From an uncultured Candidatus Saccharibacteria bacterium (GTDB taxonomy: Bacteria > Patescibacteriota > Doudnabacteria > UBA920): 64,000 nt of DNA. Position 1 is the stretch's first letter, and every line of letters begins with the position of its first letter. The stretch lies in assembly GCA_964512925.1 (NCBI GenBank), contig CAZEKH010000003.1, forward strand, positions 16,772 through 80,771, in the 5' to 3' direction. Position numbers and translations under genes: made by a program. The notes beneath the pieces are model-generated. The model was not told the DNA's origin and searched no databases. It saw nothing but the letters and a program-made list of their open reading frames with translations. This document shows, piece by piece, positions 39,794 through 49,114 of the stretch.

Positions 39794-41361
39794 ATTTTTT
39801 TTGTAAGAAAATGCCCGTGTAGTTTTGTTTGCCGTTGTCCTTGAAATATAGCCGGTTCTCCATTAACAAACACATATTCAATCCCCTTTCCGGTTTTGTA
39901 GGGGTTTTTGTAGTCCGACAAATCTTTCATATTTTGGGGCTCAAAGATGACCAAATCCGCAAAAAAACCAGGTTTGATCTGACCGCGTTTTTTCAGGCCG
40001 ATTTTTTTTGCCGGCGCTGATGTTAATTTTTTAATAGCGGTATGCAAGTTGAATTTGCTTTCTGAAACCAGCTCAAAAAATTTATATACTGCGCCGAAAC
40101 ATCTTGGGTGGACCAGTTTGTTTTTTTCTGAATTCTTTTCGGAAAATCCCGCCCCGTCCGAAGCGATTATAGACAGTGGGTGAAAAATAAAGTTTTTAAC
40201 TTGTTCGGAATTTAAATTCTTGTCAAATACCATTATTTCCGTGCCGCCATTTTCTAATATATGCAAAAGAGCTTGTTCTGAAGAACACTCCAGATTTTTT
40301 GCAATCATTGAAATTGTTTTTCCGGCAAAATGAAAATCCGAGGAGGTTGAAGCGACAAACAAGGAAGGAATGTCGGATTCGGAGTTGTTTAGATAACTAA
40401 GTATTTTGTTTTTTTGGACCGGATCGGAAAAATGCTTAAGCATTAAAGTTCGACCCCCCTCAATCGCCCATTTAGGAAGGTATGAATAAAGGACTTGCCA
40501 GACTGTGTCATAAGGATACGCGTCAAATGACACATTTATACCCCGATGATGGGAAGTTTCCAGTTTTTGAACAACCTCGTCAAATTTATGCCAATTCTTT
40601 TTTCCGCGAATTTTTAAATGGGAAATTTTAAGATTTACTTCTGTGGTTCTGGCAATGTTTAAAGCTTCTTCCAGAGCCTCTATTATTTCCTCGGATTCGT
40701 TTCTCAGGTGGATGGAAAACATTCCCGAATATTCTTTAACGATTTTGGCCAATTCGTATAATTCTATTTCCGATATGCTTATTTCGTGTGAATATGACAA
40801 CCCGGAAGACAAGCCAAAAGAGCCGGCGGACAAACTTTCTTTAAGTTTTTCTTTTAAAATATTTAATTCATCCTGCTCTAACCCCCTGATACTATCCCCT
40901 ACAATCCCCCTCCTTAGGGTTGAATACCCGGTTAAGCTGCCTATATTGCAACCGAACTTGCGCTTTTGCAGCACGCTTGCGAATTCGGCGAAGCTTTGCC
41001 AATTAATATTCAAACCTTGCAAGTTGTGCCATTTTTGGATAGATAAAATAGCATCAGGGCTAAGCAAAGGAGCCAGGCTGGCGCCGCAATTCCCCAAGAT
41101 GGCGGTGGTAAAACCCTGGCTGACCATACCATCCAAATCAGGATTGTCAAAGATTTGCCAATATACATCGCTATGATTTTGCAGGTCAACGAATCCGGGA
41201 CAAAGGGCTTTACCAGTCGCGTCAATAGTAGTTAATGCATCTTTTGGCAAATTTTTGCCGATTGCCACAATCTGATCGCCCTCGCAGGCAACGTCAAAAC
41301 TTTCCCCGTTTATTTCATCGCCGTCGTATAGGTTTGCGTTTTTAATAAGCAATGAGTACAT
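39790..41361 (-). CDS. D-aminoacylase-like amidohydrolase
   Basis: PGFVDLQNHSD, GNCGAS, ISHLK, IASDG, HPRCFG, ADLVIF. Confidence 0.85.
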   Translation of the reverse strand: MYSLLIKNANLYDGDEINGESFDVACEGDQIVAIGKNLPKDALTTIDATGKALCPGFVDLQNHSDVYWQIFDNPDLDGMVSQGFTTAILGNCGASLAPLLSPDAILSIQKWHNLQGLNINWQSFAEFASVLQKRKFGCNIGSLTGYSTLRRGIVGDSIRGLEQDELNILKEKLKESLSAGSFGLSSGLSYSHEISISEIELYELAKIVKEYSGMFSIHLRNESEEIIEALEEALNIARTTEVNLKISHLKIRGKKNWHKFDEVVQKLETSHHRGINVSFDAYPYDTVWQVLYSYLPKWAIEGGRTLMLKHFSDPVQKNKILSYLNNSESDIPSLFVASTSSDFHFAGKTISMIAKNLECSSEQALLHILENGGTEIMVFDKNLNSEQVKNFIFHPLSIIASDGAGFSEKNSEKNKLVHPRCFGAVYKFFELVSESKFNLHTAIKKLTSAPAKKIGLKKRGQIKPGFFADLVIFEPQNMKDLSDYKNPYKTGKGIEYVFVNGEPAIFQGQRQTKLHGHFLTKKI

Positions 41362-41372
41362 AGTTTATGTTT

Positions 41373-42416
41373 TTAGGATATAAAGTGAATAATAACTCCC
41401 ACAATACTGGTCACAGTCGCGATAATCCAAAACCGCATAGTAATTTTAGATTCCTGCCAGCCCAATGCTTGAAAATGATGGTGTATGGGGCTTGCCAAGA
41501 ATATTTTTTTTCCCAGATATTTTTTTGAAAAAATTTGTAATATTGTTGATAAGCTTTCTAAAAAAAATATTGACCCGATCAACGGAATAAGCAGAGGCTC
41601 GTTGGTTAAAAAAGCCACAATAGCTAAAAGAACTCCCATACCCATTGAACCAGTATCTCCCATAAAAAACCTCGCCGGATGAACATTAAACCATAAAAAA
41701 GCCAAAAGGCTGCCGGATATTACCCCAAGCAATGAAGCTAGCTCAGTTTTTCCTTCTGTCAGGGCTATGAGTCCATAACCAAAAAAAGCCAAAAGCAGAG
41801 TTCCGCCCGCAAGCCCGTCAAGCCCGTCAGTTTGATTGACCGCAAAACCCGTAGCAATCACAACAAATATAAAAAATGGTATAAACCATAACCCGATGTC
41901 TAAATTACCGGAATCCATAAACGGGATATTGACTGAAGAAAAACCAAGTTTAAAATAAAACCACCAGGCCCCGATCGTCGCAACTGCGGCATAGAGCCAA
42001 AATTTATGGCGAAAACGCAAACCTCTTTTGTTAAAACCTTTTTTTTTCGCGTCCAGCCAGTCATCTAAAAGTCCGACCAAAGAAGCTCCAAAAAATGCGC
42101 CTAAGGGTAGTAAAGTCTCCTTTCTTGAAACGAAATTTAGCTGATTAAATTCTTCAATACCTAAAACTTTAGAACAAAACCAGAATAATCCGGCAAAAAA
42201 AATAGTGGTTCCCCAGATTAAAATTCCTCCCATTGTTGGGGTCCCTTCCTTGGATTTATGTAATGCGGAAAAAATTGGGGTATCGCCAGAATTTCTAATT
42301 TGTTTGCCCAGGCCTTTCTTAAAAAGGAAATTTTCCAAGATCGGGGTAAAAAACAAAGCAGAAATAAACGACAAAGATGTTAAAATAAATATTTTTGTCA
42401 ATTGATCTGAAATCAT
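41373..42416 (-). CDS. mraY: Phospho-MurNAc-pentapeptide transferase
   Basis: KEGTPTMGG, VNQTDGLDGL, FMGDTGS, PIHHHF. Confidence 0.96.
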   Translation of the reverse strand: MISDQLTKIFILTSLSFISALFFTPILENFLFKKGLGKQIRNSGDTPIFSALHKSKEGTPTMGGILIWGTTIFFAGLFWFCSKVLGIEEFNQLNFVSRKETLLPLGAFFGASLVGLLDDWLDAKKKGFNKRGLRFRHKFWLYAAVATIGAWWFYFKLGFSSVNIPFMDSGNLDIGLWFIPFFIFVVIATGFAVNQTDGLDGLAGGTLLLAFFGYGLIALTEGKTELASLLGVISGSLLAFLWFNVHPARFFMGDTGSMGMGVLLAIVAFLTNEPLLIPLIGSIFFLESLSTILQIFSKKYLGKKIFLASPIHHHFQALGWQESKITMRFWIIATVTSIVGVIIHFIS

Positions 42417-42443
42417 AATGTAATTATACCATAAAATTGAGAA

Positions 42444-43370
42444 TTAAAAAACTTGCTTTTTCAATTCTTTGATAGTAAAAATCACATCGGATTCGCGGTC
42501 CGGGCTGTTTAGAATAATAACTACCACAGGTTGATTTGATAGCATAAACCTGCAGATTATATTTTCTCCCGAGCCCGGCGTTTTGCCAGTTTTGATAGAC
42601 TGGATTTCGGGATTAGAATTTATCAGTGTATTACTGGCAAATATTTTGTGTTTTTCTTTCGTGACTGAAACAAACTCATAGGTTTTGAATTTTGCCAGAT
42701 TCCTGAAAGCGGAAAGTTTCTGGGTTTTTTCCGTTAAAATTTTTAGGTCCCAGGCGGTGGAAAAATTTTCAGCTGAGTCAAAACCGACCGGATTGCTAAA
42801 ATGGCTATTTTCCATCCCGATATCGTAAGCTGTTTTATTCATTAAATCAGTAAATTTGTGTTTTTTTTCTTGCGAAACATAATTTGCCAGAGCTAATGCA
42901 GCGTCATTGGCGGAACCAACAACCATTGACGAAAATAGATCTGAAATTTTAATCTGCTCTCCCGGCTTTAAACCCAAAATCGGTTTCACATTCAAAGTAT
43001 CTTCGATTAAAATTTGCTTTTGACTGTTTAAATCCGCTTCTGTATAAACAACCAGACCTGTTAAAAGTTTAGTAAGACTTCCGATTTGAAGTTTTTTACT
43101 GGAATTTTTTTCAAAAATAACAGTGCCGGAATTTTCCAAATATATAAGAGCGCTTTCAGCTTTTATCTTTGAAAAATCCGAGGATGTTTCTGTATTTATT
43201 CCCAAAATTTTTGTTTTTTTCAACATTTCGCTTCCGCGAAGCTGTACACTTGCCCGCCTTTCAATAGGTAGCGCCTCTGATTTGGCATTGTTTGAAATTG
43301 TAAAGATATGAATAAAAAATGCAATCCCGAATAAATATGTTATGAGCAATTTTGTTTTTATTTCTTTCAT
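42444..43370 (-). CDS. D-Ala-D-Ala carboxypeptidase (peptidase S11)
   Basis: SLTK, SAN and KTG catalytic motifs. Confidence 0.88.
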   Translation of the reverse strand: MKEIKTKLLITYLFGIAFFIHIFTISNNAKSEALPIERRASVQLRGSEMLKKTKILGINTETSSDFSKIKAESALIYLENSGTVIFEKNSSKKLQIGSLTKLLTGLVVYTEADLNSQKQILIEDTLNVKPILGLKPGEQIKISDLFSSMVVGSANDAALALANYVSQEKKHKFTDLMNKTAYDIGMENSHFSNPVGFDSAENFSTAWDLKILTEKTQKLSAFRNLAKFKTYEFVSVTKEKHKIFASNTLINSNPEIQSIKTGKTPGSGENIICRFMLSNQPVVVIILNSPDRESDVIFTIKELKKQVF

Positions 43371-43404
43371 ATCTTCCTAATAGTATAGCTTAGAAAAAGT
43401 TGGA

Positions 43405-43433
43405 TTGACAAAATTTTGTGTTGTGGATATCAT
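43405..43433 (+). promoter_or_regulatory. Putative trxA promoter
   Basis: TTGACA-17 bp-TATCAT. Confidence 0.6.
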
Positions 43434-43473
43434 TTATATATGTTTATTAAATAATATGAAAAGCATAACAAAT

Positions 43474-43794
43474 ATGAGCGAAATTATACTGTCTGAAAAG
43501 ACCTTTGAGCAAGAAGTTTTAAAGTCAAATGAACTGGTGATGGTAGATTTTTGGGCAATTTGGTGCGGACCTTGTAAAGCCCTTAGCCCTATCGTTTCCG
43601 AGCTGGCTTCAGAGTATGAAAAAAAAATTAAGGTGGGTAAGGTCAATGTTGATGAAAACAATAATTTAGCTATGCAATACGGAGTAATGAGTATTCCCAC
43701 ATTGAAATTTTTCAAAAATGGTAAAGTTGTAGGAGAAATGATAGGCGCCGCGCCAAAACAAGCGATTGTGGATGAAATAAACAAACATCTCTAA
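43474..43794 (+). CDS. trxA: Thioredoxin
   Basis: VDFWAIWCGPCK, SIPTL; start taken at MSEII. Confidence 0.96.
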   Translation: MSEIILSEKTFEQEVLKSNELVMVDFWAIWCGPCKALSPIVSELASEYEKKIKVGKVNVDENNNLAMQYGVMSIPTLKFFKNGKVVGEMIGAAPKQAIVDEINKHL

Positions 43795-43883
43795 AAATTT
43801 CGGTTTTTATAACAAAAAACCACGCCATAAGCTTGAGGCAGTGGTTTTTGTTTGTTTTAAATCACAATGTTTGAAGCCGTAAA

Positions 43884-45638
43884 TTAAAACTTGCGGCTTT
43901 CTCCTGGCTTTAGAACAATTTGAGGGGTTTTTTGTTTTTCGGCAGGCACGGATTTTTCCGTGGTTTCAAAATCATCGCTAGCAATTTTATCCGGTTCGGA
44001 AATTTTTTGTTTTTGCAATTTTAACACTGATTCCCAAATTGGGTGCTGGGGTTTTTTTTGATGTTCGTTTTTGGTTTGGTTTGGCTTTTTATGTCGATCA
44101 TTTCGCTCGTTCTTTGACCATTTATTTTCACTTGATTCTTTTTTCGGGAGGTTTTTCGAATTATTGATGAAATTGCGCGTATCACTCAAAACTGGCTTGT
44201 TTAAAGCAGTTTTCACCAAAGTGTTTTCACTTTCCGGTTTTTTAACAATAACTTCAGAATCCAAATATTTGCCATTGTCAGTTGTTTCTGGTTCTAATTC
44301 GGAATCTTGAGACATTATATTTGCGCTATCTTGGTGAAATTCCGCGCCCATCCATTTGGAAATTTTCTCTTCAACTAAAGAAACTGAGTTACTGTACCTT
44401 TCTCTGGAAACTTTTATGACTTTTTCCGCATTACCCGTAAAATAGTCGGGGCTAGCGGGTATGGTGATGGCTGAAAAAGGTTCGCTGGCAACTCCGTTAA
44501 TCATTAATTTTAAAATTATATTGTATTTAGGCAGGTTTACCATATCGTTCGGGGTAAAAATCGGATCAAATTCAGTTTCAAGGTATTCCGCATCAGCCGC
44601 GCCGATTCTAAACAGAACTATGGTTCCCACGTTGCCGAAAATCGCATCCCTGACTTTAGTGCTTTTTTCCTGCTCCAGCTGGGCAATATACTGGTGGCCT
44701 ACGATCAAATTAAGCCTGTATTTTCTCGCCTCGCTCAATATTGTGGCAAAACTTTCCGTGGCAAAATTTTGAAACTCGTCTACATATAAATAAAAATCTT
44801 TTCTGTCTTCCTCGGCTATATCCGTCCTGGACATCGCAGCTAGTTGCAGTTTAGTTACAATCATAGCGCCAAGCAAGGCGCTGTTGTCTTCACCGACTTT
44901 TCCTTTGGATAAATCCATTATCAAAATTTTGCGGTTATCCATTATATCCCTCAAATCTATGGTGCTCTTGGGCTGACCTACGATGTTTCTAACAATTCCG
45001 GAAGATAAAAATTGTCCGACTTTATTTTGGATAGGCGCAATGGCTTCGGTGCGGTACTTTTCGTTATAATTGGCAAATTCATCTGTCCAAAAGGCGCGCA
45101 CCATCGGGTCTTTGATGTTGTCAACGATTTTTTTCCGATACTTTTTGTCGACATACATCCTGGTAATACCGAGCAAAGTGTTGCCAGGACTTTCCAGCAA
45201 GGCCAAGATTGTATTGTTTAAAATATATTCCATTCTGGCTGACCAGACATTTGACCAAATTTTGGTAAATACGCCCATAAGTCCGGAAGCGACTAAATGT
45301 TTGTATTTTGTATCCACAGCTTCCAAAATGTTGAAGGCTATCGGGTAATCCAAGTCAGCAGGGTTAAAATACACCACATCGTTAATCCTAGATGGAGGCA
45401 CAGAGTTTAAAATTCTTTGGATGGAATCCCCGTGCGGGTCTAAAAAAGCGATTCCGTGACCGTTGCGAATATCTTGAATAGCCATACTTTCCATCATTGA
45501 GGTTTTTCCCATCCCAGTTTTACCGATCAAGTACATATGACGTCTGCGGTCATCGGCTTTGATGCCAAAAGGCACTTCTTTGTTTCGGAAGTTGGTTTTA
45601 GCAAAAATAGTTATGGGTTCTTTTTTGGTTTCGTTCAT
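43884..45638 (-). CDS. DUF87/HerA-VirD4-like P-loop ATPase
   Basis: DRRRHMYLIGKTGMGKT, LDPHGD, LYVDEFQNF, SEARKY, HQYIAQL; disordered tail. Confidence 0.85.
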   Translation of the reverse strand: MNETKKEPITIFAKTNFRNKEVPFGIKADDRRRHMYLIGKTGMGKTSMMESMAIQDIRNGHGIAFLDPHGDSIQRILNSVPPSRINDVVYFNPADLDYPIAFNILEAVDTKYKHLVASGLMGVFTKIWSNVWSARMEYILNNTILALLESPGNTLLGITRMYVDKKYRKKIVDNIKDPMVRAFWTDEFANYNEKYRTEAIAPIQNKVGQFLSSGIVRNIVGQPKSTIDLRDIMDNRKILIMDLSKGKVGEDNSALLGAMIVTKLQLAAMSRTDIAEEDRKDFYLYVDEFQNFATESFATILSEARKYRLNLIVGHQYIAQLEQEKSTKVRDAIFGNVGTIVLFRIGAADAEYLETEFDPIFTPNDMVNLPKYNIILKLMINGVASEPFSAITIPASPDYFTGNAEKVIKVSRERYSNSVSLVEEKISKWMGAEFHQDSANIMSQDSELEPETTDNGKYLDSEVIVKKPESENTLVKTALNKPVLSDTRNFINNSKNLPKKESSENKWSKNERNDRHKKPNQTKNEHQKKPQHPIWESVLKLQKQKISEPDKIASDDFETTEKSVPAEKQKTPQIVLKPGESRKF

Positions 45639-45644
45639 AAAAAT

Positions 45645-46976
45645 CTAGTCTTCAGCTATCGGCAAATCCACCGGTGGCTGATATTTTTTACTTTCTGTTT
45701 TTTCTATAGCTGTTGCTACAGTAGCATCTTTTGCGGTTATTGGAAAATGGTAGAGAGTCGCCAGTTCTTCGGTGTTAAATATTTGCCCGCCTATACCAAT
45801 TAAAAAATCCCTGTCTTTATAACCTTTAAACATCTTTCTTTTTCTTTGCTTTAAAACATATTCCAGGTAAGGTCCTTCAAAATCTTTTGAAAACATATAA
45901 TCAACACCAGTCCAATGTTTTGTATCAGGTTTTAATTTGTTAGTCATCGCGCTACCCAAATTTCTAAATGCCCCAAAAAACATATTTCTTTTAGTCGGGT
46001 CATACTGGGCTTTGGGCGCGATATAAAGGATTCGAATTTTTGTTTTATATCCGGGTTTGCCAATTTTGCTTTCAATCAAACCAACCCGTGTTTTTTGTGT
46101 GTCAGTCAAACTCATCCAGTCATTTTTTTGGCTTTTTTCGGACGCTTCCCCGTGTCCGTGGCCTCCGCCGAGCAGGCTGTCTTTAAAACTAAAATTTGCC
46201 GCTTTATTTATTGGCGACATTAAAACATCGGAAAACTTCACATCGTGGGGAACATCTTCGCCTATCATTTTCTTTACTATCATTTCCCCTCTTGGCTTCC
46301 ATTCGTCATCATCAACCGGCCTGATAAGCAGTTGAATGCCAACAAATTCGTGCTCTTTGACTTTCATCAAAGATTCAAACAGATTGGACAAAGGATCAAT
46401 AACTGTTTCTTCAGCAGCTTGATGCTCAAAGTCTTTATATGTTTTAAGAGGTATTACCTCATCGTCGACGACTTTCAGTTCGGTGCCAAAAATTTCAACA
46501 TCGGAATTTTCCGGATCATAGCTGAAATTTTTCATATAATCTTCAATTTCTGTAATTTCAGCTTGCGGGTATTGGGAGTAAAAAGCGGCTTCCACCAAAT
46601 CTCTCATTTTTTTTGGTATCCTTAAAACAAAAGATACCTTGCCGCCTAAACTGATAAGTTCAAGACTGTACCAGAGCTGGCTTTGGCCTTCCACGTAGAT
46701 GTCAGCAAAAGTTTTACCGCCGTGCAGCGCGTGCATTTGACCAAATACGGTTTCAACAGCCAAGGTGCTGGCTAAATTGATTTTTGGAACTTTTATCTGT
46801 AAAAACTCCCACTCCTGCTGATGAATATACTGGTGCATAATTTCGTGCTTATAACTGAAGTACAGCATATAAATGACGCCTGCCACAAAAATCAGCCATC
46901 CATACCAATCAAAAAAGACTGTCCAAAAAATTTTGAACAATTCGCCAAACTCTGGAAATATTTGCGTAAAATCCAT
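45645..46976 (-). CDS. Membrane-anchored hypothetical protein, partner of the ATPase
   Basis: N-terminal TM; YSQYPQAEITEIEDY, EELATLYHFP. Confidence 0.7.
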   Translation of the reverse strand: MDFTQIFPEFGELFKIFWTVFFDWYGWLIFVAGVIYMLYFSYKHEIMHQYIHQQEWEFLQIKVPKINLASTLAVETVFGQMHALHGGKTFADIYVEGQSQLWYSLELISLGGKVSFVLRIPKKMRDLVEAAFYSQYPQAEITEIEDYMKNFSYDPENSDVEIFGTELKVVDDEVIPLKTYKDFEHQAAEETVIDPLSNLFESLMKVKEHEFVGIQLLIRPVDDDEWKPRGEMIVKKMIGEDVPHDVKFSDVLMSPINKAANFSFKDSLLGGGHGHGEASEKSQKNDWMSLTDTQKTRVGLIESKIGKPGYKTKIRILYIAPKAQYDPTKRNMFFGAFRNLGSAMTNKLKPDTKHWTGVDYMFSKDFEGPYLEYVLKQRKRKMFKGYKDRDFLIGIGGQIFNTEELATLYHFPITAKDATVATAIEKTESKKYQPPVDLPIAED

Positions 46977-47015
46977 TTTAATTTTATTTCAAAATCGCTT
47001 TAAAAGCCCAGCCTT

Positions 47016-48104
47016 TTAGACTGCTTGAAAAGTATAGGAATTTTTCCCTACTTTTTTAAACAAAGCTTTATTGGACAATCCGACCAAGATTGTATTTTTC
47101 TTGACCATTCTTTTTTTCATAACTTCCGAAATAATTTGGTCTTTTTCCATAGGTTTTCCGGCTTTTTTTAAAACTTCAATAATTACATCCGCAACAACGC
47201 CAGGCTTAAAACCCCACTCTGAAAGAGCATATATGCCTCTGCCTATCAAAATAAATCTTGAATCTTTTATCAGTTCGTTATGCACGGTTTCTTTGTAAGC
47301 CACTCTCTCGTCAAATTTGGCTTCGTTAATCATATCCGTGATTTTAGAGTAATGTTCCGGCTGTTTGTGATATTTCATAACCAAAAAAGCTTTATCGCCC
47401 ACATCTTTTGGACGAATTTCTTTCCAGGATTTAATCCCCCAGTGCCCGTAAACATTTTTTTCTATTTCAATCGCCAAATGCAAAAAATTTAAAAGCACTT
47501 TATCCGGCAACTTTTCTTGGTGTTCCAAATAAAATTCGGTTTTTTTGAAATGTTCTAAAAATTCTTCGGATTTTAATGGTTGGTTGTTTTGGCTTAAAAT
47601 ATTTTTTCCAGTTTCAACAGCTTTATGTAAAATATTTTCATCAAACAATACCGCAACCCAGCTTTTTTTATAATTTTGATTGATAAAATACTCCAATTCC
47701 TCAACAAGATGAAGTAAAAAAATAATTGAATTTTTTTCAACCTCATCTTTTAAATTCAAATGCAAAAACAGATTTTCTTCAGCGATAATTCTGCCGTGCT
47801 CGTTGATGATATTGAGCAAAAAATCTTTTGTAGCGTTGAATGAGGCTACTTTAGAGCTGTTTTTACGCAAGTTTTTTATAATATCTTTTTCTATCTGCCT
47901 TACTCTTTCGCGGGTCAGATTGTGTTGTTTTCCGATTGCTGCTAAAGTAATAATTTTGTTTCCCGCCAAGCCATACCTATTTTGCAATATTTGTTTTTCC
48001 CGATCTTTTAGCAAATCTAAAACATCCCTCACAATTTCCGAGGGCTTAAATTGTTTCAATGTTTCAGTATTTTTTGTGCTGATAATCGCGTCTAAAATTC
48101 CCAT
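47016..48104 (-). CDS. Sigma70 region 4 plus HARE-HTH (RNAP delta-like) protein
   Basis: TLAAIGKQHNLTRERVRQIE; TVHNELIKDSRFILIGRGIYALSEW. Confidence 0.8.
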   Translation of the reverse strand: MGILDAIISTKNTETLKQFKPSEIVRDVLDLLKDREKQILQNRYGLAGNKIITLAAIGKQHNLTRERVRQIEKDIIKNLRKNSSKVASFNATKDFLLNIINEHGRIIAEENLFLHLNLKDEVEKNSIIFLLHLVEELEYFINQNYKKSWVAVLFDENILHKAVETGKNILSQNNQPLKSEEFLEHFKKTEFYLEHQEKLPDKVLLNFLHLAIEIEKNVYGHWGIKSWKEIRPKDVGDKAFLVMKYHKQPEHYSKITDMINEAKFDERVAYKETVHNELIKDSRFILIGRGIYALSEWGFKPGVVADVIIEVLKKAGKPMEKDQIISEVMKKRMVKKNTILVGLSNKALFKKVGKNSYTFQAV

Positions 48105-48132
48105 ATACTATTTAGTAAAATCAATTTCTCAC

Positions 48133-48161
48133 AGTATAGCATAAAGATTATTTATTGTCAA
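48133..48161 (-). promoter_or_regulatory. Putative sigma70 promoter
   Basis: TTGACA-17 bp-TATACT. Confidence 0.65.
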
Positions 48162-48183
48162 TTTATGGTATAATCAATAAATA

Positions 48184-48217
48184 TTTAAAATCCCTCTTGT
48201 ATAAGAGGGATTTTAAA
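48184..48217. terminator. Intrinsic terminator after secF
   Basis: TTTAAAATCCCTCTT GTAT AAGAGGGATTTTAAA. Confidence 0.75.
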
Positions 48218-48224
48218 AACAATT

Positions 48225-49109
48225 TTACTTTTTCAATTTCTGAAACAAAACCAATATGGGGCTAGCTATGAATATTGAAGAGTAAGTTCCAACAATAACA
48301 CCTATAAATAAGGCTAAAACAAAGTAACGGATAGTTTCGCCTCCGAAAAGCAACAGGGATAAAAGTACAAACAGCACGGTCAAACTGGTATTTAATGACC
48401 TGACTATAGTTTGCGCAATACTATGATTAACTACCCAACTCATATTTTGACCAGCGAAAACCCTCAAATTTTCGCGAATTCGGTCAAATACAACAATGGT
48501 ATCGTGAACAGAAAATCCTAAAACAGTCAGAATGGCAGTGACAAACAAACTATCAACCTCTACCCCTTTAAAATGACCTAACAAAGAAAAAACTCCGAGT
48601 ACAAAAAGCAGATCGTGAAGAAGAGCTATGACTGCAGCCCAGCCAAACTGCCAAGAAGTAACAGGCTTAGTTACCCGTCTAAAGGCATATGCTAAATATA
48701 AAATAATACCCAATGAAACCAAACCCAGCTGATATCCAGCTTTGGTTTTTAGTTCTTTTCCAACCGTCGGGCCAATAGATTCAAATTGAATTTCAGAAAA
48801 CTGCCCGACTGATTGTCTGATGTCGGAAAAAATTTGATCAATCTGGCTTTTGTTTAAAACTTCGGTTTTAAGGATCAGGCCGTTGTTTTGGGCGGATTGC
48901 AACTGGTATGGGGTTTTCAAAGACTTTTCAATAGCGGTTTTAACCGAAGAAATATCATAGGATTTTTCTAATTTTATTTCGGTAAGGGTACCGCCTTTAA
49001 AGTCAATCCCCAATTTTAAACCAAATATGGCAAGAGAAATTATTCCAAACAGAAGTATTGTTCCTGAAATCAAAAACCAAAATTTGTAATACTTTAAAAT
49101 ATTTAACAT
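48225..49109 (-). CDS. secF: Protein translocase subunit SecF
   Basis: LGIDFKGG, GFSVHDTIVVFDRIREN, GTYSSIFIA. Confidence 0.96.
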   Translation of the reverse strand: MLNILKYYKFWFLISGTILLFGIISLAIFGLKLGIDFKGGTLTEIKLEKSYDISSVKTAIEKSLKTPYQLQSAQNNGLILKTEVLNKSQIDQIFSDIRQSVGQFSEIQFESIGPTVGKELKTKAGYQLGLVSLGIILYLAYAFRRVTKPVTSWQFGWAAVIALLHDLLFVLGVFSLLGHFKGVEVDSLFVTAILTVLGFSVHDTIVVFDRIRENLRVFAGQNMSWVVNHSIAQTIVRSLNTSLTVLFVLLSLLLFGGETIRYFVLALFIGVIVGTYSSIFIASPILVLFQKLKK

Positions 49110-49114
49110 AAAAA

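Noticed and set aside
43422-43430. DnaA-box-like TGTGGATAT
   Set aside because: Single 8/9 match inside the trxA promoter; no box cluster or dnaA nearby
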